NCBI GenBank assembly: GCA_963837955.1
Contig: CAWIPH010000002.1
Coordinates: forward strand, 3,104,001-3,168,000
DNA from: an uncultured Verrucomicrobiae bacterium
GTDB lineage: Bacteria; Verrucomicrobiota; Verrucomicrobiia; Chthoniobacterales; JAFAMB01
Length of the DNA stretch: 64,000 nucleotides
Direction of reading: 5' to 3'
Below the pieces are notes generated by a model that worked only from the letters and a program-made list of their open reading frames with translations, had not been told where the DNA came from and did no database searches. Shown here piece after piece: positions 38,925 through 48,885 of the stretch (positions are counted from its first letter, which is position 1; each line of letters opens with the position of its first letter). The position numbers and the translations under genes are program-made.

Positions 38925-40580
38925 CTATTCTCCGAAGCGCTCGCGGATCTTTGGCGGGACAAACTCCATGTCGGACGCTTCCCGAATCGCTAACTTGATC
39001 TGTGCCTCCAGAATACCGGGAGCGACCGGACTCTGATATTGCGCTAAACAACGATCGAGCGCTTCCATGGCGGTGACTCCAGCGGTCTGCATCACCCGAT
39101 ATGTTTTCAGGATGATCGTTTCCGCTGCGCCTGGCGTGAGCAGATCGGGCACCGGCTTGTCATAGGTCGGCGCGAGTTCAAGCGTGTACCGCTTAGCCAA
39201 AGTGCGGAGCAGTTGATAACCTTCTTCGGGCGAGCTGGTCGGAAAGATCGGCACCTTGAGATCGACTCGACCGGGTCGCTTGAGGTCGACCTCGATCAAG
39301 TCCGGCCGACTGGAGGCAAGAACCCAGATAACCCTGCCCCGGTTTTCCGGCCGACTCATTTCGGCGGCCATCATCGAGTAGATGCGACCGGAAAGGCCCG
39401 CGTCTTGGCCGCTGCTGTCGCGCTTCCCGAGCGCTTGGTCCGCTTCGTCGACGAAGACGTAGCAGCGATCAAGCGCTTGCAGCAGGCGGAAGATTTTTTC
39501 GAGATTTCCTTCGGTGCTGCCGACCCAACGATCGCGGAAGTTTTTGATTTTGACGACCGGCACGCCCGCTTCACCTGCCAGGCATTCCACCAAAAATGTT
39601 TTGCCGGTTCCAACCGGTCCGCAGATGAGGTAACCCATGGGAAGACCGCGGAGGTCACCGGAGCGCCACAAAGCCAGGTCCTGCCGGAAACATTCCTTTA
39701 ACTTCTCCTGGCCGTAGAGATCATCGAGCGTCCGTTTCGGTTCGATAAACTCAATGAGACCCTGACATTCCTCCTCAACCAGCAGCTGTTTCTGTTCGGC
39801 TAGATCGGCATCGGACAACGCCTCCTTTTTGTATTCTTTCAAGCGAAGCAGCCGGTCTAATCCGTTGATCGTAATGCCCGTCAAACCTTTGGCTAGCCGG
39901 CCGGAATCGTCGTGGTAACCAGAAAGCGCTGTTGGATAGCTGCCACCGACGAGATTGATGGCGCTGCCCAGATCTTGGACCGTTGGCAAAGGTATCTTGA
40001 TCCTGGCCACTCGCGGGTTCTGTACAATGATGGGATGAAGATCATTGAGATTTTCGGTCAATAGACAAGTGACCACCGGATGCCCGCGGAGAAGCTCTTC
40101 AGTGCCCCAGTCGCGAAACAGAAGCGCCAGCGCGTTCAGATCATAGTTGAGGACCCCAGGAACCGCCGGCGAAACCAAATGCGACGACTCCACGATGACT
40201 CCAACTGAAACGCGTCCTCGGTTAATTCGGCCGAGATTTGCACAGTAGCGCAAATACCTCGTCAATAACTCCGCTGCTGGCCGCGGCGCTTTGGGCAGCT
40301 CCGGAGCCACTTGAATCGGGGGCCACTGCTTAAGCTTTTCGCCTCCGCGTTCAACTCGGAGCCCGTTACCCAGATCGTAGTTGAAGATCACCTCGAATTG
40401 CGGCATCAGAATCCGCTTTAGAAAATCGACCAGCGAGCCGTGAACCGTTTCATCATCGACCTCGAATAGAAAACGGTCGTAAATGTTCCCGTATAAAATG
40501 AACTGGTTCGCGGAGTCGCTCTCGTAGAGGGCGATCATCTCCTTAGCCCATTCAGGCAGGGTCTCGCGAAGGTAACTCAT
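38925..40580 (-). CDS. AAA+ ATPase (classical clade, single active module)
   Basis: Walker A GPVGTGKT, pore loop RWVGSTE, Walker B VFVDEAD, SRH SSRPD...KRPGRVD. Confidence 0.9.
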   Translation of the reverse strand: MSYLRETLPEWAKEMIALYESDSANQFILYGNIYDRFLFEVDDETVHGSLVDFLKRILMPQFEVIFNYDLGNGLRVERGGEKLKQWPPIQVAPELPKAPRPAAELLTRYLRYCANLGRINRGRVSVGVIVESSHLVSPAVPGVLNYDLNALALLFRDWGTEELLRGHPVVTCLLTENLNDLHPIIVQNPRVARIKIPLPTVQDLGSAINLVGGSYPTALSGYHDDSGRLAKGLTGITINGLDRLLRLKEYKKEALSDADLAEQKQLLVEEECQGLIEFIEPKRTLDDLYGQEKLKECFRQDLALWRSGDLRGLPMGYLICGPVGTGKTFLVECLAGEAGVPVVKIKNFRDRWVGSTEGNLEKIFRLLQALDRCYVFVDEADQALGKRDSSGQDAGLSGRIYSMMAAEMSRPENRGRVIWVLASSRPDLIEVDLKRPGRVDLKVPIFPTSSPEEGYQLLRTLAKRYTLELAPTYDKPVPDLLTPGAAETIILKTYRVMQTAGVTAMEALDRCLAQYQSPVAPGILEAQIKLAIREASDMEFVPPKIRERFGE

Positions 40581-40664
40581 TGGTCTGTTTTCGTACCGGT
40601 GAATTGCATAGCCTCTTCTTGGGTGACTGGCAACCGTAGTCAGAGTTGACAGGATGCATGGTCG

Positions 40665-41429
40665 TTACAAAGACGCACTCATGCCGCCGTCCACGTAAAT
40701 AATCTGCCCATTTACAAACGCTGAAGCATCGCTGCTCAAGAATACCGCTGTGCCGGCAAGTTCGGCCGGAGAACCCCAACGTTGAGCGGGCGTTCTTTGC
40801 TTGACCCAAGCATCGAAGTTTGGGTCGTCGGCCAACACTTGGGTCATCTCAGTAATGAAATAACCTGGGCCGATTGCATTGATCTGAATGTTGAATCGAG
40901 CCCAATCAGCACACATGGCTTTAGTCAACATTTTCAGTCCACCCTTCGCGGCCGTATAGGGGCCGGTCGTGGTCCGGGCGAAATCGCTTTGGAGGGAACA
41001 AACGTTAATAATCTTACCACTTTTGCGTTCGATCATCCCTTTGATGACTTCCCGAGATACCAACATGGCGCTCGTCAGATTCGTCTCGAGGACCTCAGTC
41101 CAAACCGGAAGAGAGACTTCGTCTAAGCGAATGCGACGCTGGATGCCGGCGTTATTCACAAGGACGTCAATTGGACTCTCGGCGGCAATCCGATTGATCG
41201 CATCACGAATTTCGTTCTCCCGCGTGATATCGAACTGAGCCTCACCGACAGAGAGTTCTTCTTTGCGCAATTCTTCGGCAGCGGAATGCAATTTGGCCTG
41301 GTTACGTCCGTTCAGGATCACATGGGCGCCGTGCTGAGCGAGACCGCGGGCGATGTGAAATCCGAGGCCCGCATTAGAACCTGTGACCAGGATGCGTTTG
41401 TGGGAGAGATTGAAGAGTGAATTAAGCAT
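40665..41429 (-). CDS. idnO: Gluconate 5-dehydrogenase-like SDR
   Basis: VTGSNAGLG, NNAGIQRR, YTAAKGG, NAIGPGYF, YVDGG; start at ATG 41429. Confidence 0.8.
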   Translation of the reverse strand: MLNSLFNLSHKRILVTGSNAGLGFHIARGLAQHGAHVILNGRNQAKLHSAAEELRKEELSVGEAQFDITRENEIRDAINRIAAESPIDVLVNNAGIQRRIRLDEVSLPVWTEVLETNLTSAMLVSREVIKGMIERKSGKIINVCSLQSDFARTTTGPYTAAKGGLKMLTKAMCADWARFNIQINAIGPGYFITEMTQVLADDPNFDAWVKQRTPAQRWGSPAELAGTAVFLSSDASAFVNGQIIYVDGGMSASL

Positions 41430-41597
41430 GGGAAAGGTGCTGAAAGGGTCCACCGCTCGACGCCGCAGCCTTTTAGATTCTAGCTGCGAGATTTACCGGC
41501 CTCACCGGAACTGTCCCTCCCTCACCCCTGGATTCCAAATTCTTAATTGCGGATTCATGGCAGCTCCACCTCGGCAGCAGCCTTCCTCCAAGCGACG

Positions 41598-42341
41598 CTA
41601 CTGCGAAACAGGCCCCATGGTCTTCGTTCCTTCATCCGTCTTCGGCGGCGGTGTCTTGGCGCTGAGCGAGATCCCCTCGGCAGCTGCAAAATCGGCCAGC
41701 GCTTGCTCTTCCAATGCCTTGTGTTCAGCTTCTTTGATCGCGACTCCACCGGTATCAAGCGTATCGCGCGCGACGCGCGCAGCCCCAGCCGCCCTTTGTC
41801 GTTCTTCTTCGACCATGCTCTGGAGCCTTTCCAAAGTGTCCCCTGATCCGCCGATTTGCGTGATCATTCCTGAGGCCATCTGGGTCAGTTCTGCCGTCGC
41901 CTTCTTGATTTTCAAATCATCCAAACTGAAGCGCAAAGCCTCGATTTTGGACTGGGCATTCTTGATGGAGACGTCCCGCGCGCGGATTAATTCCCGATAA
42001 GTCGTCTCGGCTTGCTCGAGTTGAGTTCTATCTTCCGTCAGTTCCCTTTGGATCGTCTGGAGACGCAAAGCAGTTTGACCAGCTGCATCGCGGTTATCCG
42101 AACGCAATAGCGCCGTCGTTTTGGCGCGAAGTTCTCGCTCTTCCCCTTCCAGCTTTTTAACCTGGGTAATTAGGCGTTCGCAGAGACCGGCGTGCGCCGC
42201 CAGACCTTGGTTATATTGAGCAATCTGCTTGCGCAGATTCTCGCGCTCCACTTCGAGCAGAGCCTCCGGGTTCTCTTTCTCCAGACCGCTCACGAATAGC
42301 CCGAAAAAGCCGCGGATTAGGTTGCCAATTCGCTTGAACAT
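41598..42341 (-). CDS. pspA: PspA/IM30 (bacterial ESCRT-III) family protein
   Basis: Amphipathic N-terminal MFKRIGNLIRGFFG, ENPEALLE, long coiled coil. Confidence 0.82.
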   Translation of the reverse strand: MFKRIGNLIRGFFGLFVSGLEKENPEALLEVERENLRKQIAQYNQGLAAHAGLCERLITQVKKLEGEERELRAKTTALLRSDNRDAAGQTALRLQTIQRELTEDRTQLEQAETTYRELIRARDVSIKNAQSKIEALRFSLDDLKIKKATAELTQMASGMITQIGGSGDTLERLQSMVEEERQRAAGAARVARDTLDTGGVAIKEAEHKALEEQALADFAAAEGISLSAKTPPPKTDEGTKTMGPVSQ

Positions 42342-42587
42342 GATGTGACTAGTTATTTGCTACCTCTGGTAGGCTGCCACATCCCGAGCAAATTGTTAAT
42401 AACTTCTGCTTTTGGGGATCGCAGACCCAGCAATATCCACCCTCAAAACCGCCGATTCATAACGAACGAAAGGGATTTTTCCTGAAATTCTTGCGACGAA
42501 TCTTGCAGCACCACCAGCTTAGAATCCATAAAGGTGCCAGCGCCGCCGGTTCTGGGATGAAAAAGAGCCGATGGTAGCGCGACTCTT

Positions 42588-43172
42588 ATGACCGTGGACA
42601 ATGTTCTTCGTTTAGCTCGGATAGGTACAGATCGGTACAAACCGTTTTTTGCGTTGATTGCTTGGGGGATTCTCGGGTTCGCCCTGACAGGCCACAGTCA
42701 GAACTTGGTACCGGATCAAATAAATCCGCCGTTTGGATTTCAATGGGGTGAGCCGGAAAAAGATATCGAAAAAATTATTACCCGCGCTCAGGCTCGCATC
42801 GTCACACGCGATAGCATCCGGGGCCGTGATGCCTGGACCGTGGAAGGTCTGATTCAGCCGGCGCTGAAGCGCACGGTCATTTACTTTGGCTCAGAAAAGA
42901 CATTGGTCGAAGTAGAACTGCAGTATGAGCATACAGAGTGGAATTTGACGGCCTACGAAGAATTTCTCAACAGCATAAAACAAAGACTGGAAGCAAAATA
43001 CGGACCGCCGACCGTTCTGGCGCGCGACAAGAAACCGGAGGGCGATGTGATGGAGACTGTGGTTGGCTACCAATGGGATCAATCGGGCAGTAGCGTTCAG
43101 CTTTTCTTCTATTCGGCAGAACGAAACAACGAGGTTTATCGGTCCGTGAGCTTGCACTACCGGGCGGGATGA
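42588..43172 (+). CDS. Exported hypothetical protein
   Basis: Hydrophobic N-terminal segment followed by PFGFQWG and a globular region. Confidence 0.65.
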   Translation: MTVDNVLRLARIGTDRYKPFFALIAWGILGFALTGHSQNLVPDQINPPFGFQWGEPEKDIEKIITRAQARIVTRDSIRGRDAWTVEGLIQPALKRTVIYFGSEKTLVEVELQYEHTEWNLTAYEEFLNSIKQRLEAKYGPPTVLARDKKPEGDVMETVVGYQWDQSGSSVQLFFYSAERNNEVYRSVSLHYRAG

Positions 43173-43400
43173 AAACGCCGGACAGTCATCGCCGAGAACG
43201 CCGGCATCGCCGTGACAGCGAACATAATGCGGGAGCACGAAGTATTGCGCTCCGTTTGAATTCCAACTGCGAACACAAACATAGGGCGACGCTCCCGCTT
43301 ACCAATCAGGACTTCTCGGCGATTAGCCTGGCCGGCGTCCACTCTCACCGGCGTTGTCGGCGATGTCCGCGGCGTTCCCCTCCGGCGTTCCCGGCGTTTT
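43172..43400. repeat. Imperfect inverted-repeat element between convergent genes
   Basis: AAAACGCCGG / CCGGCGTTTT ends; CATCGCCGAGAACGCCGG pairs with CCGGCGTTGTCGGCGATG. Confidence 0.55.
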
Positions 43401-43401
43401 A

Positions 43402-44355
43402 TCAAGGCAAGAGTTCTCGCAGCGCGACGGCCATGGCACGATATCCAAAATGGCCCTGCGGAACGACGGTCACGGGAAGCTCACCCCAAGCTCGGGCAAG
43501 TCGCTCGATTGTTTGGACCGGGACGACGCGATCGTAGGCTCCGCCGATTAGTGTAATTTTTTTGGTGTCAAGCAGCGGCTTGCCGTGAAGCGGGGAAGAA
43601 AGATGCGCATGCTGTAATGAAGTACCCCTTTTGACTCCCGCCTTTATGAGCCGCGCTCGGATCGCACTGCCAGCGGGACTTTCCCAAATCGCCTGTTCCA
43701 CATCGGCGATTGGTTGAAGAAGAGTAATAAATTCGAAATCAGCTTCGACAAAGCTAAGCAGTGCGCCGATCCATCCGCCGTAGCTCGTCGCGATTAACCC
43801 AAAACGCCGGCACCCGCGGGCGCGGCAATAGTCCATCAGTTGCCGCATCTCCTTGACTGCCTGCCGAAGGGTCTCTCCGTTCCGCGGCAAGTTCGCCGTG
43901 AGCGCAAGAGCCCCATTGAAATGCCCGTGCGGAACCCGCGAATAATGAAACGGCAAATGCGGAAAAATCGCGTTCCAACCGATTTGGTTGAATCGCCTGG
44001 CGATTCTTCGATAGCCAAAATCACTCGCCGACATCAGCGCGTGCAAAAAGATCACGGTCGGCGCGCTCCATCCGGCTGCGGCGGAAAAAAACAGGCTGGC
44101 ATGGGCGGTGGCGTTTTCCGGAAAGCTGGTCTCTACTGGGCTACGCCAGCGCAAGATACGGGATGTCTCCCTCACCTCCTTCATCGGTTCCAGCGCGTAA
44201 AATTGTTCCAGGCTCAGTCCGCTACATTGCGAGACGTAGCGTTCAAGATCCAGAGGGTAGATCGCCTCGCTCCCCCGCGGTTGCAGCCGGTTGAGCATCA
44301 AACACATCATGCCGTCAATTAGCTCGGCCTGTGTGCGCGCGTAAATTTCTCTCAT
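43402..44355 (-). CDS. Alpha/beta hydrolase (ABHD18-like)
   Basis: ATSYGG nucleophile elbow, YDRVVP Asp, QGHFG His. Confidence 0.75.
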   Translation of the reverse strand: MREIYARTQAELIDGMMCLMLNRLQPRGSEAIYPLDLERYVSQCSGLSLEQFYALEPMKEVRETSRILRWRSPVETSFPENATAHASLFFSAAAGWSAPTVIFLHALMSASDFGYRRIARRFNQIGWNAIFPHLPFHYSRVPHGHFNGALALTANLPRNGETLRQAVKEMRQLMDYCRARGCRRFGLIATSYGGWIGALLSFVEADFEFITLLQPIADVEQAIWESPAGSAIRARLIKAGVKRGTSLQHAHLSSPLHGKPLLDTKKITLIGGAYDRVVPVQTIERLARAWGELPVTVVPQGHFGYRAMAVALRELLP

Positions 44356-45095
44356 GATTCTCGCGCTTCACTCTTTTTCCTTCTGAGAGCTGGAAGATAG
44401 TTTTCTCGCTTTCGCGATTGAGGTGCTGCCGGTAAATCGCTCTCCTCCAGTTGAAACTGTTCTATCGCCTGTTGCTTTAATCGCAAAAAGGCGGCCGATA
44501 CTTCTCTCGAAAGCGTTTCGCGGGCTTCCGCGCGCGGCAAATCAGTTCGCGGCCAGATCGGTTCTCCGGAAACCATCCAAACCGGTACGCGCCGGAACGG
44601 AAACCAATTGCGTGATTGATAGAGCCGATCAGTGCCCAAGATCACACACGGGACAACCGGTTTTTGCGAGAGCAGACTCGCTGCGACAAATCCCGGCCAA
44701 GTCGGCGCTCCTTCTAAAACCGAGGTGGCGCCTGCTCGGATCCCACCTTCCGGAAAGATTCCGACTACTCGCCCAAGCTTTAGCCGTTGGAGAGCTGTCC
44801 GCATTGGACCGGCGTCCTTACTATTCCTCTTCACCGGGAAAGCGCTTAGTGCGTCCATCAACCAGGCGCTCCAGCGCGCCTGGTATAGTTCTTCCATCGC
44901 CATCCAATCGACATAGCGAAGGAACCAGGAACCTATCATCGGAGGATCAAAATGGCTGATATGGTTAGCGACGAGAATGTAGCCATCTTTCGCTGGAGGG
45001 ACGGCCCAGGAGCGATGCACTCGGCAAGAACAGAAAAAAATCGCTCGAACCAGATAGCGACTGAAAAGACTAAAGGGCCGATTGCCCGATTTCAT
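44352..45095 (-). CDS. plsC: Lysophospholipid acyltransferase (PlsC family)
   Basis: NHISHFD, FPEG motifs. Confidence 0.85.
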   Translation of the reverse strand: MKSGNRPFSLFSRYLVRAIFFCSCRVHRSWAVPPAKDGYILVANHISHFDPPMIGSWFLRYVDWMAMEELYQARWSAWLMDALSAFPVKRNSKDAGPMRTALQRLKLGRVVGIFPEGGIRAGATSVLEGAPTWPGFVAASLLSQKPVVPCVILGTDRLYQSRNWFPFRRVPVWMVSGEPIWPRTDLPRAEARETLSREVSAAFLRLKQQAIEQFQLEESDLPAAPQSRKRENYLPALRRKKSEARES

Positions 45096-45215
45096 GAAGC
45101 AACTCCGCGGATTTTCGCAGAGGAATTATCCGCAGATTTCACAGATTACGCAGATTTTTTTAAGCCTGGCCACAAACAAAAGGCGATAAAAACAACCAGC
45201 AAGTCCGCCTCACAC

Positions 45216-47027
45216 TTAGCGGTTCATCAGAATCATCTTCGTACCAACGATTGCCACAGGTGACCCGCGTTGTTCGTCTAGCTGCAGGAGACTGCGCCAA
45301 TGATCAAGTCGACCTTGATCGGTGATCAGAAATGTTCGCAGGTTGCTGCGCCAAAGTGTTTGGAACCGCTCTTCATCTAAATAGAGATCGCGACCAATAC
45401 CGAGGTTTCGCGTAGCGAACTCCATTTCCGGGTTGGCATGTAACCACTGAATGGAATGAGGAAGGTAGAAGAAGAGACTGGTGAGGTCGTTGGTCTCGAA
45501 TTCACAGACGACCTGATAGTTGGTGCCGCCGAATGTTTCTATCGTCGATGCTACCCGAGCCGACGAAAACGCGTCTTCGACCAGATGGAGCGCTTGATTG
45601 CTCGCCAAGAAGAGGACAATCATCAAAACCACACAACTGCCAACAATCTCGAGAAACCGCCCTTTACGGGCAAAATAAATTATAGCCGCTCCGACCACCG
45701 ATAAGGCGCAGCTCGCAATCAGGATTAAGGGGATGAGCCCCGATAACTGTTCGGATGAAATACCTCCGATCCCCTCCCAGACCGTCCTACCGTGCGTGAC
45801 CGTATCCGCGAGTTTACTCGCGCCAAGTGGATGCCAAATCAAAAAGAACGCGGTCAACAGGCCAACCACCCCTCCGACTACAAAGAGCCAGCCCGGGACC
45901 GAAAATAAGCGGCGAGATATGTCAGGCGTTGAGACAAAAAGTGAGGCCAATCCGATAGCTATAACCGGCCACGAAATCAGCAAATAATAATCCTGAATCT
46001 TAGCGAACAGGATTCCGCCGACGTTGATGAGCAATAGAAAGAGCAGCAGGTGCCACTCACCTTGTAACCAGGATTTTCTTGAACGCCAAAGAGTCAGGGC
46101 CGCTCCGGGCAAGAAGAAACTCCAAGGCAGGAAAAGGCCGAGATGTTCTATTAAAAACTGGGGTAGTGGTACGCGATCGCTGTCAACGGGCCAACGGTGA
46201 TTCAATATGTTGCCAATCTGCTCATTCCCGAGTTGATCAACCAGAAATCCGGGATATCGCAGCTCCGTCGCGATATACCAGGGAGTCACCAGGACGAAGA
46301 ACAGGATCCAGCCGTGCGGCCGAAAGAAGAATCGGTGCCACACCTCACGCGTGGACTTCTTAAAGGCGTAGCTCGCACACCCGACGGCGAGAGGAATGAC
46401 CAAAGCGTGCAGACCTTTGGTCAGCGTTCCAGCGGCTATGAAAACCCAGGCCAACAACAACCACCGATCTCGGACCGGTCCGGACGCGCTTTGCAACGCC
46501 CGAACTAACCCATAAAAGGTACAGACGAGGAGCAACGCCGAAAATGGTTCCGGCATGACTAAATGCGTGAAAAGATAGGTCCCAAAGAACGTGGCGAGAA
46601 TGAGTGCTGCGCAGATTCCGAAAATCCGACGACCTGAGATTCGTTCGACCAAGGCAGCTGTCGCAAAAAACCACGCCACGGTAGCCAAGGCTACGGGCAA
46701 CCGTGCGCTAAACTCTTTTACTCCGAATAATTGGAGCGAAACCATCTCGCACCAGTATACGAGCGGAGGCTTTTGCAGCCGCGGAATCCCATCTTGAGTT
46801 GGGGTAAGCCAATCTCCGCGGACAATCATTTCGCGGGCAGCCCCGGCGTACTGGCCATCAATTTGGTCAAAAAGTCGCGGCGCTCCCGAAGTCCCGATGT
46901 AAACAGCGGCGACCAGCACCAATAAAAACGCTAGGAATTGGTTGAGCCTGCTGGAACGCCGGTCAACCCAACGCTGCTCTTTTTCAACAGCGATTTCGGT
47001 GGCAGTCAACCGTTCAAATGTTCGCAT
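45216..47027 (-). CDS. ArnT/PMT-family (GT39/83) membrane glycosyltransferase
   Basis: YAGAAREM, RLQKPPLVYW, FSARLP, LTKG; many TMs. Confidence 0.88.
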   Translation of the reverse strand: MRTFERLTATEIAVEKEQRWVDRRSSRLNQFLAFLLVLVAAVYIGTSGAPRLFDQIDGQYAGAAREMIVRGDWLTPTQDGIPRLQKPPLVYWCEMVSLQLFGVKEFSARLPVALATVAWFFATAALVERISGRRIFGICAALILATFFGTYLFTHLVMPEPFSALLLVCTFYGLVRALQSASGPVRDRWLLLAWVFIAAGTLTKGLHALVIPLAVGCASYAFKKSTREVWHRFFFRPHGWILFFVLVTPWYIATELRYPGFLVDQLGNEQIGNILNHRWPVDSDRVPLPQFLIEHLGLFLPWSFFLPGAALTLWRSRKSWLQGEWHLLLFLLLINVGGILFAKIQDYYLLISWPVIAIGLASLFVSTPDISRRLFSVPGWLFVVGGVVGLLTAFFLIWHPLGASKLADTVTHGRTVWEGIGGISSEQLSGLIPLILIASCALSVVGAAIIYFARKGRFLEIVGSCVVLMIVLFLASNQALHLVEDAFSSARVASTIETFGGTNYQVVCEFETNDLTSLFFYLPHSIQWLHANPEMEFATRNLGIGRDLYLDEERFQTLWRSNLRTFLITDQGRLDHWRSLLQLDEQRGSPVAIVGTKMILMNR

Positions 47028-47259
47028 CCGTTCAGTTGCTTGTTAATGCAGCGAAGGTTCGTTGTATCTAGTGCCTCTGCGCATACTCGGAAACCTCAAA
47101 GTTCGGCGCGCCTCAAACCGCCTGACGGACCGACAGATACACGGACGGACGCTTGATTCAAGCAAAAGGCCTGCGAACGTGTTGGTAGCGCGAAACATAG
47201 CGCCGGTTCCAAATTCAAACGGAACCCGCTTCCCGATGTCGAAATCAGGAGGAGTTTTT

Positions 47260-48084
47260 ATGACACCAGAAGAACAGAATCTAATCGAAGGATTGTTTCA
47301 GCGACTGCGACAAGCCGATACGAGCCCAAAAGATGCCCAGGCCGAAGAGCTGATTCGGGCCAAAACTGCCGAGCTGCCGTCGGCAACCTATCTACTTGTC
47401 CAGGCCGTGCTGGTCCAAGAGCATGCTCTCGCGAACGCGCAGGCAAGAATCGCTGAGCTGGAAAATCGCCTACGGAATGAGCAGGCTCAACCCAGCGCTG
47501 CTGGTGGCAGTTTCTTGTCGCGTTTCTTCGGCTCGAAGCCTCAGCCCCAAGCTGTGCCTCCTCCGGTACCGCAGCAAGTCGCGGCCACGCAACCAGCGCA
47601 GGCGGCCCCTCCACCGATTACCGTGGTGCCCCAAACCACTCCCTACCCCTCAACGGTCGGCCTTGGACCCAGTTCCGGCGGCAGCTTCCTCCAAAGCGCT
47701 ATGGCTACAGCGGCTGGAGTCGCGGGCGGGCAGCTTCTTTTTCAAGGGATTGAAAGTCTGATTGGACGCAACGCCGGGCCCTTCGGACCGGCTCTCGGCT
47801 CTCGAGAAGGCCTTTACCCGGGCGGCACGGGCGGCGGAACCGAAATTGTTAACAATTATTATAATACTGATCCGGCCGGGACCTCCGAACAGCATCATCT
47901 GGGAACGGGCGAACCGTCGCAGAAAGCCGATCTAACTCAAGACGCAGCCTTCCGAGATGATCAGAGTGATTATGCGGCAGGTGGCGGAGATGGCCAAGAC
48001 TCGGGGTACGATCTCGCGGGAGGTGATGATGCCGGGCTCGACTCAGACAGCTCCTTTTCCGGCTCGGACGATAATTTGGTGTGA
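47260..48084 (+). CDS. DUF2076 family protein
   Basis: MTPEEQNLIEGLFQRL, YLLVQAVLVQE, FLQSAMATAAGVAGG; GGAG RBS before ATG 47260. Confidence 0.88.
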   Translation: MTPEEQNLIEGLFQRLRQADTSPKDAQAEELIRAKTAELPSATYLLVQAVLVQEHALANAQARIAELENRLRNEQAQPSAAGGSFLSRFFGSKPQPQAVPPPVPQQVAATQPAQAAPPPITVVPQTTPYPSTVGLGPSSGGSFLQSAMATAAGVAGGQLLFQGIESLIGRNAGPFGPALGSREGLYPGGTGGGTEIVNNYYNTDPAGTSEQHHLGTGEPSQKADLTQDAAFRDDQSDYAAGGGDGQDSGYDLAGGDDAGLDSDSSFSGSDDNLV

Positions 48085-48192
48085 GCCGATTTGCTTTTAG
48101 CCGACCCGCAGCACCAACTTGTCCCACGAAGCCTTCGCTACAAAAATCGAGATCAATATCTTTGCGAAGGCGGAAGGCGTGATTCAAGAAAA

Positions 48193-48683
48193 CCTAGGGC
48201 ACGCCCCATAGGCGTTAACTCAAGGTTTTCGTAATGGTTCTCTACCCCAACGGGGCAGGAGGACTCAGCCCGGGGTTTCAACCTGGTTTCAACCCCGGGA
48301 AACATCCAATCAAACGACCCGCCCTCATAAGGGCGCGAGGCTCACTTGGATCAGTCCCACGCCTATCGCTTATCGAAAGGAATCCATGTTTGTACAGAAA
48401 TGTCCGACACTCTCTTGGAACGTCATTTTGCGGCGAAGAATTTCTTGGCTTGTAATAGACGCAATAACCGACTCGCTCGACTAGCGCCCTTCCAGGGCGA
48501 TCATTTGATTGGATGTTTCCCGGGGTTAAAACCCCGGGCTGAGTCCTAGCGCCCCTCTGGGGCAGAGAGCGAGGTATCGGCCCGAAGTTGCTGCGCATCG
48601 GCAGCGCTGAGTCTCTCTTGCCCGCTGGGCTAGAGAACCACTCCCAAAACTTTAAGTTAACGCTTATAGGGCAACGCCCTAGG
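48193..48683. repeat. Nested palindromic REP/MITE-like element
   Basis: Outer arms CCTAGGGC...CGTTAAC / GTTAACG...GCCCTAGG enclose 48239-48568 arms (GGACTCAGCCCGGGGTTT...AACCCCGGGAAACATCCAATCAAA). Confidence 0.85.
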
Positions 48684-48885
48684 AACAGAATCCGGAATTT
48701 AGAATTTAGAAACATTGCTGCCTTCCGGACGAAGCGCGCCATCCATTCCGACAGGTTTGAGTATTATGAAAGTGGTTCGCCTTGGCCAAACTGGCGAGTT
48801 TACGCGTATAAGAGCCGGACACTGATACAGAATATTGAACAAGCCGGATTTCAGATTCTGAATTCTCTCTTCAGTTCGCCAACCA

